A stretch of 64,000 bases of DNA, taken from the NCBI RefSeq assembly GCF_006345805.1, contig NC_042998.1, positions 112,406,001-112,470,000 of the forward strand, given 5' to 3'. The position numbers were made by a program, and so were the translations under genes. This DNA is from Octopus sinensis (lineage: Eukaryota). Numbering within the stretch: position 1 is the first letter of the stretch; each line of letters opens with the position of its first letter. Shown here piece by piece: positions 63,700 through 64,000 of this stretch. Under the pieces are notes generated by a model that had not been told where the DNA came from, did not search any database, and saw nothing but the letters and a program-made list of their open reading frames with translations.

Positions 63700-64000
63700 G
63701 TACAAGGCCAGAAATTTCGGCGACCCCACTGCTCAACAGGTACTTATTTTATCAACCCGGAAGGATGAAAGGCAAAGTTAACCTCGGTAGAATTTGAACT
63801 CAGGGCGTAAAACGAACGAAATGCTGCTAAGCATTTTGCCCGTCGTGCTAACGATTCTGCCAGTTTGCTGCCTTCCTTGTGTGGAGATATCCTTTACTAC
63901 CTTAGGCACATACCCCGAAATTTGGGGAGGAAACCATTCGATTAGATCGACCCCAGTACGCAACTGGTACTTAATTTATCGCTCCCGAAAGGATGAAAGG
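63700..64000 (-). mobile_element. Two tandem family A SINEs, the second cut by the window end
   Basis: GGATGAAAGGCAAAGTTAACCTCGG...GCCAGTTTGCTGCC, followed by a new tail ..TCGACCCCAGTACGCAACTGGTACTTAATTTATCG. Confidence 0.8.

Overview
Repeat-saturated, AT-rich eukaryotic (animal) DNA, most likely intronic or intergenic sequence from an octopus or related coleoid cephalopod. This is inferred from the tRNA-derived SINE families and the extreme (TA)n/(TG)n/(TATG)n/(TAGA)n density; the species cannot be determined. No complete, recognisable host protein-coding gene is present, and most of the supplied ORF track is translated microsatellite. Supported content: three tRNA-derived SINE families; a 2.8-kb degraded R4/Dong-type RLE non-LTR retrotransposon; RTE, CR1/L2 and I/Jockey-like LINE fragments, one RTE with an exact 12-bp TSD; Penelope-like element (PLE) fragments; a non-autonomous Helitron, a Helentron-type HINE and a decayed Helitron helicase; hAT- and TTAA-type MITEs; a near-identical 3 x 0.8-kb tandem array; and at least seven long fold-back repeats. 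The most interesting signals are (i) several minimal, PLE-type hammerhead-ribozyme motifs with covarying stems and non-canonical cores, plus one with a very long stem II, (ii) the fold-back elements as potential dsRNA/ADAR or small-RNA substrates, and (iii) TE-poor islands with good splice signals, including a phase-compatible minus-strand exon chain of no recognisable homology next to plus-strand non-coding exons and a repeated-motif regulatory cluster. All gene-structure calls are tentative. Frequent single-base interruptions in microsatellites suggest long-read consensus errors, so some frameshifts may be artefacts.
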